A model generated the notes under the pieces. The model was not told where the DNA came from and made no database searches. It saw only the letters and a program-made list of their open reading frames with translations. DNA of 32,588 nucleotides from Catajapyx aquilonaris (Eukaryota), in the NCBI GenBank assembly GCA_000934665.2, contig JYFJ02004373.1:1-32588 (forward strand). Direction: 5' to 3'. Each line of letters opens with the position of its first letter. The stretch's first letter is position 1. A program made the translations under genes and the position numbers. Positions 1 to 10,987 of the stretch are shown one piece after another.

Positions 1-475
1 CCCCCCCCATCTCCTCCTAAACCTTCCAGCCAGGCCTGCTCCTATGACTACAACTGAGAGAATATCCCCAATCACATTCCAACAGGATCCAGATACAGGT
101 GGAGAGACATGTCAAAAGTACTTGGGAGTGAGGAGGGTGCATGATGTATACGTGAAGGAATGCTGTGTTGCCATTTCCAGGCCTGGCCAGTTGCTGATTT
201 CACTACCAAACCCAGACACTCGAATTTTAATTTCGGGCACACATGATATTAATTTAACTAATCTGTGACAGAAATACATTTCCTGAAAACAATTTGAACA
301 ATTTATTTCAATTCAATTTATTTCACCTCAGTGATAGATAGAATAGTATGAACAGTTATAACGAATGCAGTTTTAAATTAGGAAGTTACCAGATGTGGTA
401 CTTGTGAAAATTCCCGCTGGTCAACATTATTGTAGGGAACCCTGACAACCACAGTAACTCTTCTTACCCTCGTGA

Positions 476-973
476 ATTTTCTAATTCTGCTTGGCCTATA
501 GTGTTGAGAAAACATCACCTCCGCTGCTAATTTCCAAGTTTGCAGGGTGAAAATACAGCCAAAAGGCGACGTTCCGAAGCCACAACACTGCATCCGGTCG
601 CGAGTCGCTGGTCCCGGCTGCCCAGTCGCGGTCGCCTTTCACCACGTCTGTAGCGCTCTCCGGTGCTGCGAAGGAGAAGGGTCATCTCGCACGCTTTGAA
701 GTTGAAGAATAATGGAGAGCCAGGTCTCGAAGGCACTCCATTATTATAATCGGCTTCTAAGCGTGTGAGATGACCCTTCTCCTTCGCAGCACCGGAGAGC
801 GCTACAGACGTGGTGAAAGGCGACCGGGCAGCCGGGACCAGCGACTCGCGACCGGGCGCAGTGTTGTGGCTTCGGAACATCGCCTTTTGGCTGTATTTTC
901 ACCCTGCTAACATGGAAATGAGCAGCGGAGATGATGTTTTCTCAACACTATAGGCCAAGCAGAATGAGAAAAT
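476..973. mobile_element. About 500-bp near-perfect palindrome (foldback/MITE-like) in RPS27 intron 2
   Basis: Arms of about 240 bp are reverse complements (e.g. ttctgcttggcctatagtgttgagaaaacatca / tgatgttttctcaacactataggccaagcagaa) around a short loop near 722-731. No clear TSD. Confidence 0.8.
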
Positions 974-1183
974 CCCAAAACTTTCAAAATTCAGGAGTGC
1001 CAGCCACAAAGTAACATGTACTTGTCCCTTTGACCAAGTGCCTACGTGCCCATAAGCGACCTAATTGATATTTCTTTTAGTAACTGACTGAAATCAGAAA
1101 AGTTGAGTATTTCAATCTATGCTTTGTACAATGATGTGCATTACTTTTCCCTGTCCTGGATTTTATTAAAATACAACACATAC

Positions 1184-3941
1184 CAGGGCATTTCACATCC
1201 ATGAAGTAGGAGTTGGGATGTTGTACAAGTCGCTTCTTCTTATGCTTGCGCTTCTCCTCTTCTGCAGGGGGGTGAAGCAGATCCTTGGCCAGCTGTAAAA
1301 ATAAGTTAGGATGAATTATGTAGCATAGAATGAAGTCCATCAACCTATATACTGTATAAAAACAACAGATGCTAGCTACTCAACAGCAAAATACAAGCAA
1401 TTAGTATTGGCTTATTTTACCTCTTTATGTTCATGTCAGTATAACCCACACACCCCAGTGCAACTCCATTTTGTTCACATAGGTTTCCCCCTCCGACCCC
1501 CGTGACTTTAGAGAGGCACGTAGAGCCTTATCAGTAGTTAGGTGGGGGTGCCCCATCGCTTGAGTTTGCGACGCTTTTGGCCCATTCCTTTAGTGCTCAA
1601 CTCCAGACTGCCCTCACAGACGTGACGAACCAAGACACCCAAACCGCCAATTCAAATCTAGGCATGGTCCATTCGTTCCTTATTGCACTGGGCCTGTTCA
1701 CATCCACGTTCTCAAATAATAGTAACAAGCCTGTTAATGCACCTACGGTGCATAAACAGGCATGGTGCACGTGGTAGGGTCTACCTGTAGCAACGTCTGG
1801 CAAAAAAAAATTATGAGAAACGGCCTTGGACTTAATGGCACTGCTTATTTTCAAACATATAAAAAATTACCCTGAAAAATGAAATTAATTAATTTAAAAT
1901 GGTATCCGGAGTTTTCGCCCCCTTTACATATTCCACTCTGAGGCATTCAGCTGGGCTGCTGTACGGTCATCCCTCAGACTCAGATCATTTCTAGAGAAGT
2001 GACCTGGCCTTGTGTGTGGCCTGGCAATGGCGCAGAGGGGCGGGCGCTGAGCGCCATTACTCGGAATGGAGCGTCAGAATTGAATGAAATTTTGCGCTCC
2101 CCGCAACAATGGGTCGCAGAGCCTAGAGCGTGCTCTTAAGTCAGGTTGTTGAGCTGCCAGAAGAACTCTCAAAACTTATCAATTTGCCAGAATTAGGCAA
2201 TCCCAAGCACCAAGTGACAGAGAGCATGTAAGTTAATAGAGCCCTCGATGCAGTTAGATTTGTGTGTAAATGCATAATTATGGGTCTAGGTCAAAATTAG
2301 ATGCAAGTGTGATGCACATTCTTAGATATCAGTAAATCTAATATTCGTAACTTGATTCACCCACTTATCAACATTGCTATCTTTCCCAACTTCATTCTCA
2401 AACTGAGACAAGATGCCTTCATTAACATCAATATTTTAGTAGTCATAAGAGACAGGCAATTTATAGAGTCATATCAACCAATTCAAACCAGTGATGTTCT
2501 GGGATCATGCACAGCTCCAGAGGGTGGCACATATCGTAACTGTACAATGGCCCCCTACTGCTGCTTCCACTAGCTCTTTTTCTCCCGATTTGAAATCTGT
2601 CATGTTGCAGGTACTTAAGTTGGAAGTTGAACAAGGGATTTACTTGCAACAGATATCAGAATGTAGAGTACACATTCCAGTTACCACTCACCAAGCAAAA
2701 CTGAACATCAGCGTATACTGGGCGCTCTTCAATAGTTTCTAGACATTTCAGACCCTCTTAATGTCTTAAATACCAAACTTTTTCTCTTAGCTGTGGACAG
2801 AAAAGGGAGTGCAATTCTGCCCGGACATGTTGGACGAAAAGTGGAAAAAGACCCAACCAAGCGAAGGTAACGGGGACAGGATTTGAACCCCCGACCTCCC
2901 GCTTGGCTGGCCATTGGCATAGCCACTAGACACCCCCCTCCCCTCCCAACCCACTCTCCCTGCATATTTATTCATAAACCAACATGTGGACTTCCCAGTT
3001 TTTTATTTTTATTTTTATTTTTATTAACTATATGGCTTTATAACTACCCTATCCACCTGGACCAACCTTGTGTAATTTTGTTAATTACCCAAGATATTTA
3101 TTACTAGCAACATGTGAAAACTGCAGAAATCACAGCTTCTCAGTCATGAAATTAAAAAAGTTTCCTTTTACGGTGTTGAATTTATGAGGACTTCATATAA
3201 TATTCAAATCTTACAAATCACAAGTCTGTAACATAGCGGGAAATGTTGCAGGTTTCCAACTAAATCAGATCTGGACATGCTAGCTATCAGTCACTGTTCT
3301 AGTAGCTCAAACAACAATATCAGCAGCAAATAATTGCACAAAGGAAAATACAAGTATTTTTACTGTTGAGTTAACATTCAAGAGAAACACCAGTCACTCC
3401 TTCGTACCCCTTTACTACTTGGTGACCATTTAATTTGTACAATATCATGCACATTAGGAAACTTTCCAAACTGCCTCTACCAATACGTCTGTCCTATACA
3501 CCAGCAAGTGCTTAGATGTCTTGCACAATGGTCTCTTATGGTAAATATGAAGAGCACAGGGGAAAAACGAGGAATGTCACACAAAAAATGTCCATGAAAA
3601 ATCGAAGAAATAGCTTTATTTCTTCATGTGCCTAAAGAATAATAGGGATATCTTCACGTCATTATATGCAACTGTCACCCTTGTACCCATGGAAAGCCTC
3701 CAGGTATAAGTGTCACCTATGCTACTATTGTACTGTGCACTTGTCAGGAACCCCAACGGAATTGGACATTCCCCGTTTTTCCCCTGTGGTCTTCATATGA
3801 ATTAATCTTATTGCAACAGACTCCTTTGCATTTCCTACACTTAAATGCAAAGCACAAGGAATCCCCTTGAAGCTCGATTTTGCTGACGCTCCCAATGATT
3901 TTCAGCGGAGATTGTAGCTAATGTCAGCAGAAAAAGTGAAT

Positions 3942-3979
<38 letters not shown>

Positions 3980-5298
3980 CCCCCCCNCCCCCCCCCCCCA
4001 CCCCCCTTGTTGTTGCCTAAGTCATGACAATCTGGGTTTGACATCCATGAGGAGATTGGAAGATGCAGAATTACCCTTCCCCTATATTTACAGTTTTACA
4101 TCACTTGGAACAATAAGAACCTGCATGTTCACTATGAAGTAACTTCTAGCACAAGAACCATCAAGGTTTACCAGGCATAACCTCAAGATTGAAAACCACA
4201 ATAAAGCAACATTTTACCCGCAGCACACAAGTGCTCCCTTTTGTGCAACCCAAAGGGCTGGCCACGGATGATAACTTGGGAGCAAATCTCGCATGTTTTT
4301 GTAGTAATGCCTGACCACTTGCTCCCAGGCGACAAAGTACTATAGAATAAACCTAACCTTCCTTTCCATGTGTACCTAAATATAATTGACCACTTTCTCC
4401 AGGCTGCGCACAGTAATGTGTAACTTGATTGATCATCCTGTCAGTCCATGAGTTGTCAACCCCGAAATACGGTGGATCAGTGAAACATTTTCAAGAAAGG
4501 GGGAGTTCAGCTCAAAACTGCCCCTTCTCTGGCCAATTTTCACCACAAAATACTTGGCACACTCCTGAGGTCTGACACTAAACAGCTATGCAGATTTTTT
4601 ATTTTATTTTTTATTTTAATCATGGCAGGCTTATAGAAAAGAACTAATCAATTAAATTAGGATCCATTGAAGCCCACTTGGGAGGCTCTTGTGGCCCACT
4701 AGGTCACTAGAAGCCTGCATTAGAAGAACTTGTTATGGACTGAAAATTGCAACACCTTTGTCATATAAGGTGGCACATGTTGCATATTATGACTCGACCT
4801 ACACACTACCTAAAATTGGATTATTAAAGATTGCAAGATTACAAAGTCAAAGTGGCTTGGTACTCAGGCCAAAATTCGGCATTATTGCATCGATGGTGCA
4901 ACACTGGCTGCTAATATGGCTCCTACATATTTACTTCTCAATTAAGACCCGAGATGCAAGATTGCCTGCTGTAAAAAATTCCAATCTTGAAATGGCCTGC
5001 ACCTGACCAAAACCTGAACCCATCTCTGCATATGTGCAGGTCATCCCCATAACCCCTTGTAACCTGAACCTAACCCGCACAATCCCAGACCACCAGCCCA
5101 TGACCAGCCCATCAAAACCCCCATGTCCCCCAGGAGGCTCCCACCGCAGCCAACCCTACAAAAAGGCCGACATGTTGGCCACGAGGCCTCCCAACCGGTA
5201 CGGCATGTCGGATGGGGCCGGCCATGCGGGGCCCTCCCCCATGGCACCCACATGGACACCCCCTGGAACAGCACCGGACCCCCTATACTCACCGGCAT
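1184..5298 (-). CDS. RPS27: 40S ribosomal protein S27 (eS27), coding exons 1-2; remaining exons lie left of the window
   Basis: Exon 1 is ATG CCG|gtgagt at 5298-5293. Exon 2 is 1292-1184 (109 nt, tttttacag|CTG...CCT G|gtatgt) and encodes [37 protein letters not shown], the characteristic S27 N-terminus. Intron 1 is 4.0 kb. Confidence 0.96.
2765..2944 (-). mobile_element. tRNA-derived SINE, family A, partial copy
   Basis: A-box-like TCTAGTGG and B-box GGTTCAAATCC on the minus strand. Clearly homologous to 20560-20729. Confidence 0.8.
3545..3798. mobile_element. Small MITE-like element with about 34-bp terminal inverted repeats (TIRs)
   Basis: atatgaagagcacaggggaaaaacgaggaatgtc ... gacattccccgtttttcccctgtggtcttcatat. 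Confidence 0.6.
3943..3999. repeat. (CT)17 microsatellite followed by a poly-C run containing one N
   Basis: Read directly from the sequence. Confidence 0.95.
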
Positions 5299-5384
5299 GG
5301 TTGGATAATTCCGGTCGCTTCAGTCGCCTTAAGTCAACCCTCTTTGCGGCAAAGACCCGCAAACGTGACAATCCAACGGTTGTA

Positions 5385-5400
5385 GTAGAGGCAAAGAGTG
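5385..5400 (-). promoter_or_regulatory. Putative TCT/5'TOP-like initiator of RPS27
   Basis: Minus strand reads CACTCTTTGCCTCTAC about 100 nt upstream of the RPS27 ATG. Polypyrimidine TCT initiators are typical of metazoan ribosomal protein genes; the match is imperfect. Confidence 0.55.
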
Positions 5401-5855
5401 CAGCCTGGTCTCAAGGCCCTCTCAGTCTCACACTCTCACTGGCCAGTGGCGACGCAGGATATGGCTCGAGCAGAGTAGCCAGATGGCAGTGCACAGCCAC
5501 GTTGCACCACGTTAACCAATACTGCTGCAATACCCACTTATCCACACTCACCACCTGGTCAGTACTACTTAAAATCAACCGCTGAATAATGCTCATTATG
5601 CACATTTATTAATAATTCATAATTATATGTCCAGTTTTAAAAGCCACAGCTGGCAACGAAAATTGTGCTTCCGGCCTCGTGCTATGTATATAATTGCAAT
5701 TATTTCAACTACTTAGGCGTCATTTCAGGTGTCAAATGATTTGTAAAATTATGTTTAAAATTATGGTAGTAGTTTGGTAATAAATTGATTTTATGTAAGG
5801 AAATTGAGGCTGGAGTACGGGGGGCTCTTGCCGGGAAATTTCACCGCAGGGCAAA

Positions 5856-7962
5856 ATGGCTGGTAGGTCACTGTAACGAACTTTCGGCCACCGATGTCGG
5901 GGCAGCTTTAAACATTTTTTAGCTCGGTATCTGTACCGGGAGGTTCGTAGTTGGTGATAGAGAGAGCGCAGTGTGTGGACTTAGTAGTTTGGTGGATGTA
6001 CATGTTACGTATGCGGTTTTTGGTGCGGAGGACTGTCTCTCGCAGTTTGTTATCTGTTGATACCTCATTAGTGTCAGATCTCGTTTCAGAGCTCCTATCG
6101 GACCAGATGGCACCGTATGTGTCAGATGCGAATGAGGCGATGGAAATACGCCTCATTGTAGACCCACAAGAGACTCAGGATGACGACCAGAAGGTCCTGA
6201 AGTTCAGCCCCAGTATGACCCATCAGATTTATGGGGAACAGTAAGTATGCCAGTACGCTGGGACTTGAGAAACTGGATGACCGATTGCTTTCTTGTAGGG
6301 AGCGTATCTTTGGATACCGTGGGTTGAAGATTCGCCTGTATTACTCGTGCGGCAGGCTGACTACATTCTTGGGCATTTCATACTTGGATAAGGTCAGGCC
6401 AGACCGGACAGATTGTGCGCAGGTAGTGTGATTATTTAATATCTCTGGAAGTGGCCTGTTTGTGGCAGTTATTTTTTTTTACTGAGAAATACTAATTCAA
6501 AATGCAAAATTATAGGCAGATGATGTGGAGAAACCCCTAGCAGAAGTGCTCCAGCCACACTATTGTACCAACATAGATGAGTTTATTAAGTTGTTGCCAA
6601 AGGATGAGACCTTTGTGCCACATGGTGACCTCATTCACAGTTTTAAGCAGAATGGCCGTAAGTTGTGTGCATAACGTCCAGAGTGATTGTTGACATTAGA
6701 CATTATTGGCTTCTCGTAATCACCTCTCTCCCCTTCCTTTTTCCTTCCAGCTCACCCCAATGTAAAAAAAAACAACTAGGTTGATGTCCTAAAAGACCCC
6801 TCTACATGTCTCATCTCTTGCAGGAACATTTCAGGTGTTCTCCTGCGAGGTTGCCACTCCTGGATTTGCTGACTATCTGAAGCGCATGCAAACTTTTGTC
6901 TTGCTTTTTATCGATGCTGGAAGCTTCATTGATCCTGATGATGAAAAGTGGATGTTTTACGTGATGTAAGTCTAATATCAGCCATGTCAGACGTGCACTT
7001 ATTAAGCATCGTGTTCCTGTTGCAGGTACGAGAAACTGCAGGGTCCAAGCTCCATGTACATGTTTGTTGGCTTTTGCTCGGTCTACCACTATTATGCCTA
7101 TCCCTCCCACATTCGTCCTCGCATAAGTCAGCTGCTTATGCTGCCACCCTTCCAACACATGGGTTTGGGTGCTATGCTCTTGCAGAAGGTGTATGAAAGC
7201 TACTGGCAGAACCCTTTGGTCCGAGACATAACGGGTGAGTTTCTTTGATCGTGGTGACAATGACTGTCAGAAGTCTGATTTGCTGGGTTTTCTTGCATGA
7301 TTCGACAGTGGAGGAACCCTCACCAGAATGCCTTCGCCTACGTGATTTTCTTGACGCCTGTAATTGCATCAAGCTGGAACAGTTTCAACCAGCTTGCTTG
7401 AAAAAGGGATACACCAAGGCAATGTATAAGGAGGCAAACCAGTGCTATAAGCTTAGCCAGGTAACATTCTGAATTGATAGTAAAGGAGTGCATGTATTTA
7501 CTGGGTTTTCTTTTAGAAACAAGCTAAGCATATTTACCAACTGCTTCGTATGAAGGCCACCAACTTGCAGGATTCAAAAGAAAGAGTGAAGTTCTGGGGT
7601 GATGTGAAAAGGCGTGCAACATATGAGACACGGGTAAGGAGCAAATAAGTGAAATAGAGCATGTGAAACTCTCGGGGAAAGGATTGTATTGACTTAGCAG
7701 CGAGGACATATTTGAAAATATTCGAAAGATTCTGCTATGCCAATTGCAAAAACAAGTAGCTATTTCTGTTATGTGATGTGCACAACCCAATAGCATATTA
7801 ACATTCCAGAAGAAGAAGAACAGGGCTGTTGGCCAGACATCGAGCAATCCCTTGGAAGCCAAGATGGCTGAAAGCAAGGAGAAGGAGTTGGACAAGATGT
7901 GCCGGGAGTTGGAGCATCACTACAGTCGTGTCATTGAGAGGATGAATGTTTTCGGCAACTAA
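5856..7962 (+). CDS. HAT1: Histone acetyltransferase type B catalytic subunit (HAT1), 9 exons, about 398 aa
   Basis: Exons 5856-5862, 6090-6240, 6299-6422, 6516-6657, 6824-6965, 7026-7234, 7309-7460, 7517-7633 and 7810-7962 (TAA). All introns are GT-AG and phase-compatible (1197 nt total). Motifs: F.P.MTHQIYG, ERIFGYRGLKI, FIDAGSFID.DDEKW, RPRISQLLMLPPFQHMGLG (acetyl-CoA motif A), DITVEEPS..CLRLRD. The 7-nt first exon is inferred; an alternative ATG lies at 6107. Confidence 0.93.
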
Positions 7963-8225
7963 GCATTTCAACCAGTGACTTGGATGGGTTATGTGTCACG
8001 AGCGTCTGAAATATCTGAGAAGTGACTAACCCTATATAAGTCCTGCGTTTTCCGGAAGTACAAATGTCGGCAAATCGTACTGGTTATTTCAAAAAGATGA
8101 TAATATTTTGTGGTATGGAGAGTAAGTTTGTAAATCCTGTTGTCCATTGTTTTGTTCAATTGTCAGCATAAGCTGTAAGACTGTTTTAAGTGTGTACATG
8201 GAAGTCATGTTTACCAAAAGGAGTA

Positions 8226-8231
8226 AATAAA
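8226..8231 (+). terminator. Probable HAT1 polyadenylation signal
   Basis: AATAAA about 260 nt after the HAT1 stop codon. Confidence 0.55.
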
Positions 8232-8270
8232 ATGTTCATGTTTACAAGTATTATCATGTTAAAAATGTTA

Positions 8271-8463
8271 AGGCCGGTATCCACATACGAGATTTTCGCA
8301 TATGAGGAGCCGCGAGGAGCCAACTGCGCATGCCCGGATACGAGGAAAGGGGATTAAAGTTGAAAATTTTCAACTTTTTCCCCTTTCCTCGTATCCGGGC
8401 ATGCGCGCAGTTGGCTCCTCGCGGCTCCTCGTATGTGAGAATCTTGTATGTGGATACCGGCCT
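8271..8463. mobile_element. PIF/Harbinger-type (Tourist-like) palindromic MITE
   Basis: Fully palindromic 193 bp, AGGCCGGTATCCACATAC...GTATGTGGATACCGGCCT, flanked by a TTA TSD (8268-8270 and 8464-8466). Confidence 0.85.
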
Positions 8464-8607
8464 TTAGTATATGGATTCTATCACACATGCATTTCACTGT
8501 GCTGCCTCAACAGATCAGTCCTGTCTCTCACACACAGCACATGCTATAGGAGAAAAATTAACACATAATCACAATTTGTTGCTTGAAAGTTGCACAGTCA
8601 GATCTTC

Positions 8608-8962
8608 CAGGGTGTTCTTATATGCAGGGCCAAAATTAGTAGGATGGTTGGGGAGTTGGAATAAGCCATTTGGGTAAGCAGGATGTTTGTTTGGAAATGC
8701 CTCTCTTGGATGCCAGGGACCAGAAACAGCACTCTGCTGTCGTCCGTGCAGCCATACCGTGTGTCCATCCCAAGCCAGGGCCACACAACTGACAACTTTT
8801 GTGGCAAGTGCCTGTGAGGACATTTCATGTATGTACTGTAGGTGCTCTTCTGGCACTTCCGACAGCCTTTGGCATCCAAAGGAAGCTCTTAAAAGTCACT
8901 TATTCTGGTCCATTCAATCACCTCACAAGTCAAGTTCATCTCTGTTATATGAGAACACCCTG
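8608..8962. mobile_element. Degenerate Tc1/mariner-type MITE with CAGGGTG ends
   Basis: TIR CAGGGTGTTCTTATAT / ATATGAGAACACCCTG. TA is present only on the right side. Confidence 0.5.
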
Positions 8963-9430
8963 TATTACAGATGCAAGAGTGTAACTTCCAAGCAACGAAG
9001 TGTAGAATGAGTGCATAATACTCCAATGGTCAGTTTACAACTCATTGGTGACTTTCATTTTGTCTATGCTATTTTTTGATGATATTTTGGAAAGGAATCA
9101 TGATTGCTGTTACATGTAATAATTGTTGCCCTTATCTGGCGTATACCGCCATGTTTTCACCTGTTTTTATGCGGATATTGTTTACACATCTGAAAGACAA
9201 AGTTGTTGGGGTCACGATTTAATAAGACTTAGTGCACTACTTTATTACAAGGTGCAATATTACTAATCCAGAAACACAACAGTAATGTGATTGTGTCAAT
9301 GTGTAGAATTTCTGTTGCTGTCATCGGATTGTCATTTTGTGTGTCTGGGTTGGCAATCTTGGCAACCAAAAAGTGTGCCAGGTCTAGAATGGGTCTGCTT
9401 TCCTCATGGCTGTGTAAATGATGCCATTAA

Positions 9431-9557
9431 GGGCCGGTTTCACCGAGCTCAGTATATGATAAAACCAGGGTTCTTCCTCAAAATCCCTATCTATTTGTAT
9501 GGGATTTTCCTAAAGAAACCTGGTTTTATCATATACCAAGCTCGGTGAAACCGGCCC
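9431..9557. mobile_element. PIF/Harbinger-type palindromic MITE
   Basis: 127-bp palindrome GGGCCGGTTTCACCGAGCT...AGCTCGGTGAAACCGGCCC with a TAA TSD on both sides. Confidence 0.85.
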
Positions 9558-10844
9558 TAAGTGTGCATTTCAAAAATCATGTCAACAAAATTTTTGTGGT
9601 TAATAGAGTTTTGTGGTACATGTTCGAAATAATTTTCTCTCAGATTGCTCCAAGAAAAACCACAGCCTAAGAGGGTCTTAAGCAGGTGTATGTAACTATG
9701 TTGTGTTAAGTGCATGTATATCTGTTGCTTAAGGTCACTTGCAACAAAGTGTTTTCGTTGTTTCTGTTGAGTGTCGTAACTCCTGTGATGTACGTACTTT
9801 TATCCGGAAAAGACCTGCCCAGTACAAGTATCTTAATTTATGAGATGTGTGTTAAATTCCCGGATTACCACTAAAGAAAATGTGATGATTGTAAGGTGGT
9901 GAATTCACCTGTAGTTGATACATTGGGACTGATGACTTGGGAATAAAAATTAACTTAGCAGCTAATATGCTTTTCAGCTTGGTTTTCCAAATGACAAAAG
10001 TTGGCTGCCATGCTTCTTTTCACTCCCCATTTTGTTACCTCACATATACATACATAGGATCACCACTTCTGTATCCCATTTGGTATTACATATGTGGCAG
10101 CTAGAGGACATGTCATGTGCTGCAAGTAGTTGAAAGTATAGTCGTTTTTAAGATTGAAAGTCTGATAACATGTAGCTGGAACGTTTACAAGATCTTAGAA
10201 CCACATTGTTGGTTCAAGGCCCTTTCTGTTTATTTATATATATGGAATAAAGTTGTGCTCTCCTATGATATCAGTCTTCATTATTGTGTCTGAAGACCTC
10301 CCTGGTCACCAGTATTTGTTCTCATTTGCATAGGAAAACACAAGGTGATATGTGTGAACCTGGGATTCATTGAAGAGGATGCCCAGAGAATTGAAGGACA
10401 TATTTTGTCCTTGTGCTTCCTGAAATTCTGCTCCTCAAAGTGTCTTTTCCAAGGTATGTGCAAAGTGTGTCTTGATGAAACCTGTATTGATCACTGGGCA
10501 ACACAAAAAGGCTTCGAAATGAAAATAGCTTATTTTGACTCATTTCGACGTGCTGAACACGAAAACGACAAAAATTTGTCAATTGGCTCTAGTTTAGTAG
10601 AGACAGATCATCTTCATGGCGTTTCTCAGACAGAGATGGTCATGTATATACGACTCACAAGGGAACCACACGAATATCTGTGAATTTCATGTTCAAATTG
10701 TGTTATGTTGTTCAGATTCTTGATCTGCTAGAAAGGAAATATCTCTCCTGAAAAACCTTAGATATAAATAGTTTTTGAGATGCAGGGGTCAAAAGGTCAA
10801 AAATTGATCTACTCTGCAAGGCTCTGAGGAAGCTACCTATTATA

Positions 10845-10935
10845 AGTGATATCAGTAGGTCCAATGGCAGTCAGTGTATTCCTTGGCCCTAAACAAGTCG
10901 AAAATGTAGGGGTGAGAAATGTCGATGGACCAACC
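10845..10935. repeat. Fragment homologous to the TIR arm of the 23753-25366 element
   Basis: ccttggccctaaacaagtcgaaaatgtaggggtgagaaatgtcga matches about 23793-23836 directly and about 25286-25330 in reverse complement. Confidence 0.7.
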
Positions 10936-10987
10936 GGAAACGAGGTAGTCAACCAGACCCACTGGCCTGCCCCTAGAGGCCTAGACA

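Noticed and set aside
1470..1540. CTGATAAG...GAAAC on the minus strand as a hammerhead ribozyme, and an RNase P/MRP-like GAGGGCAGTCTG nearby
   Set aside because: The hammerhead core lacks the invariant G of CUGAnGA and GAAA does not follow stem II. No matching CR-I/CR-V pair for P4 was found.
1935..2000. Possible C/D snoRNA in RPS27 intron 1 (CTGA boxes on the minus strand)
   Set aside because: No good RTGATGA C box and no recognisable rRNA antisense element.
4349..4360. AACCTAACCT (two CCTAA units), and ACCTAAC on the minus strand at 1537-1543, as possible telomerase RNA templates
   Set aside because: Short motifs that are common in arthropod repeats. I could not identify a pseudoknot, CR4/5 domain or promoter.
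5034..5585. 183-aa plus-strand ORF
   Set aside because: It overlaps the GC-rich RPS27 promoter and first intron on the antisense strand and has no recognisable protein features.
6811..7895. Minus-strand ORFs of 149 and 123 aa
   Set aside because: Antisense shadows of HAT1 exons.
8569..9010. Cluster of overlapping 60-107 aa ORFs
   Set aside because: They lie mostly inside a degenerate MITE and show no motifs or consistent splice structure.
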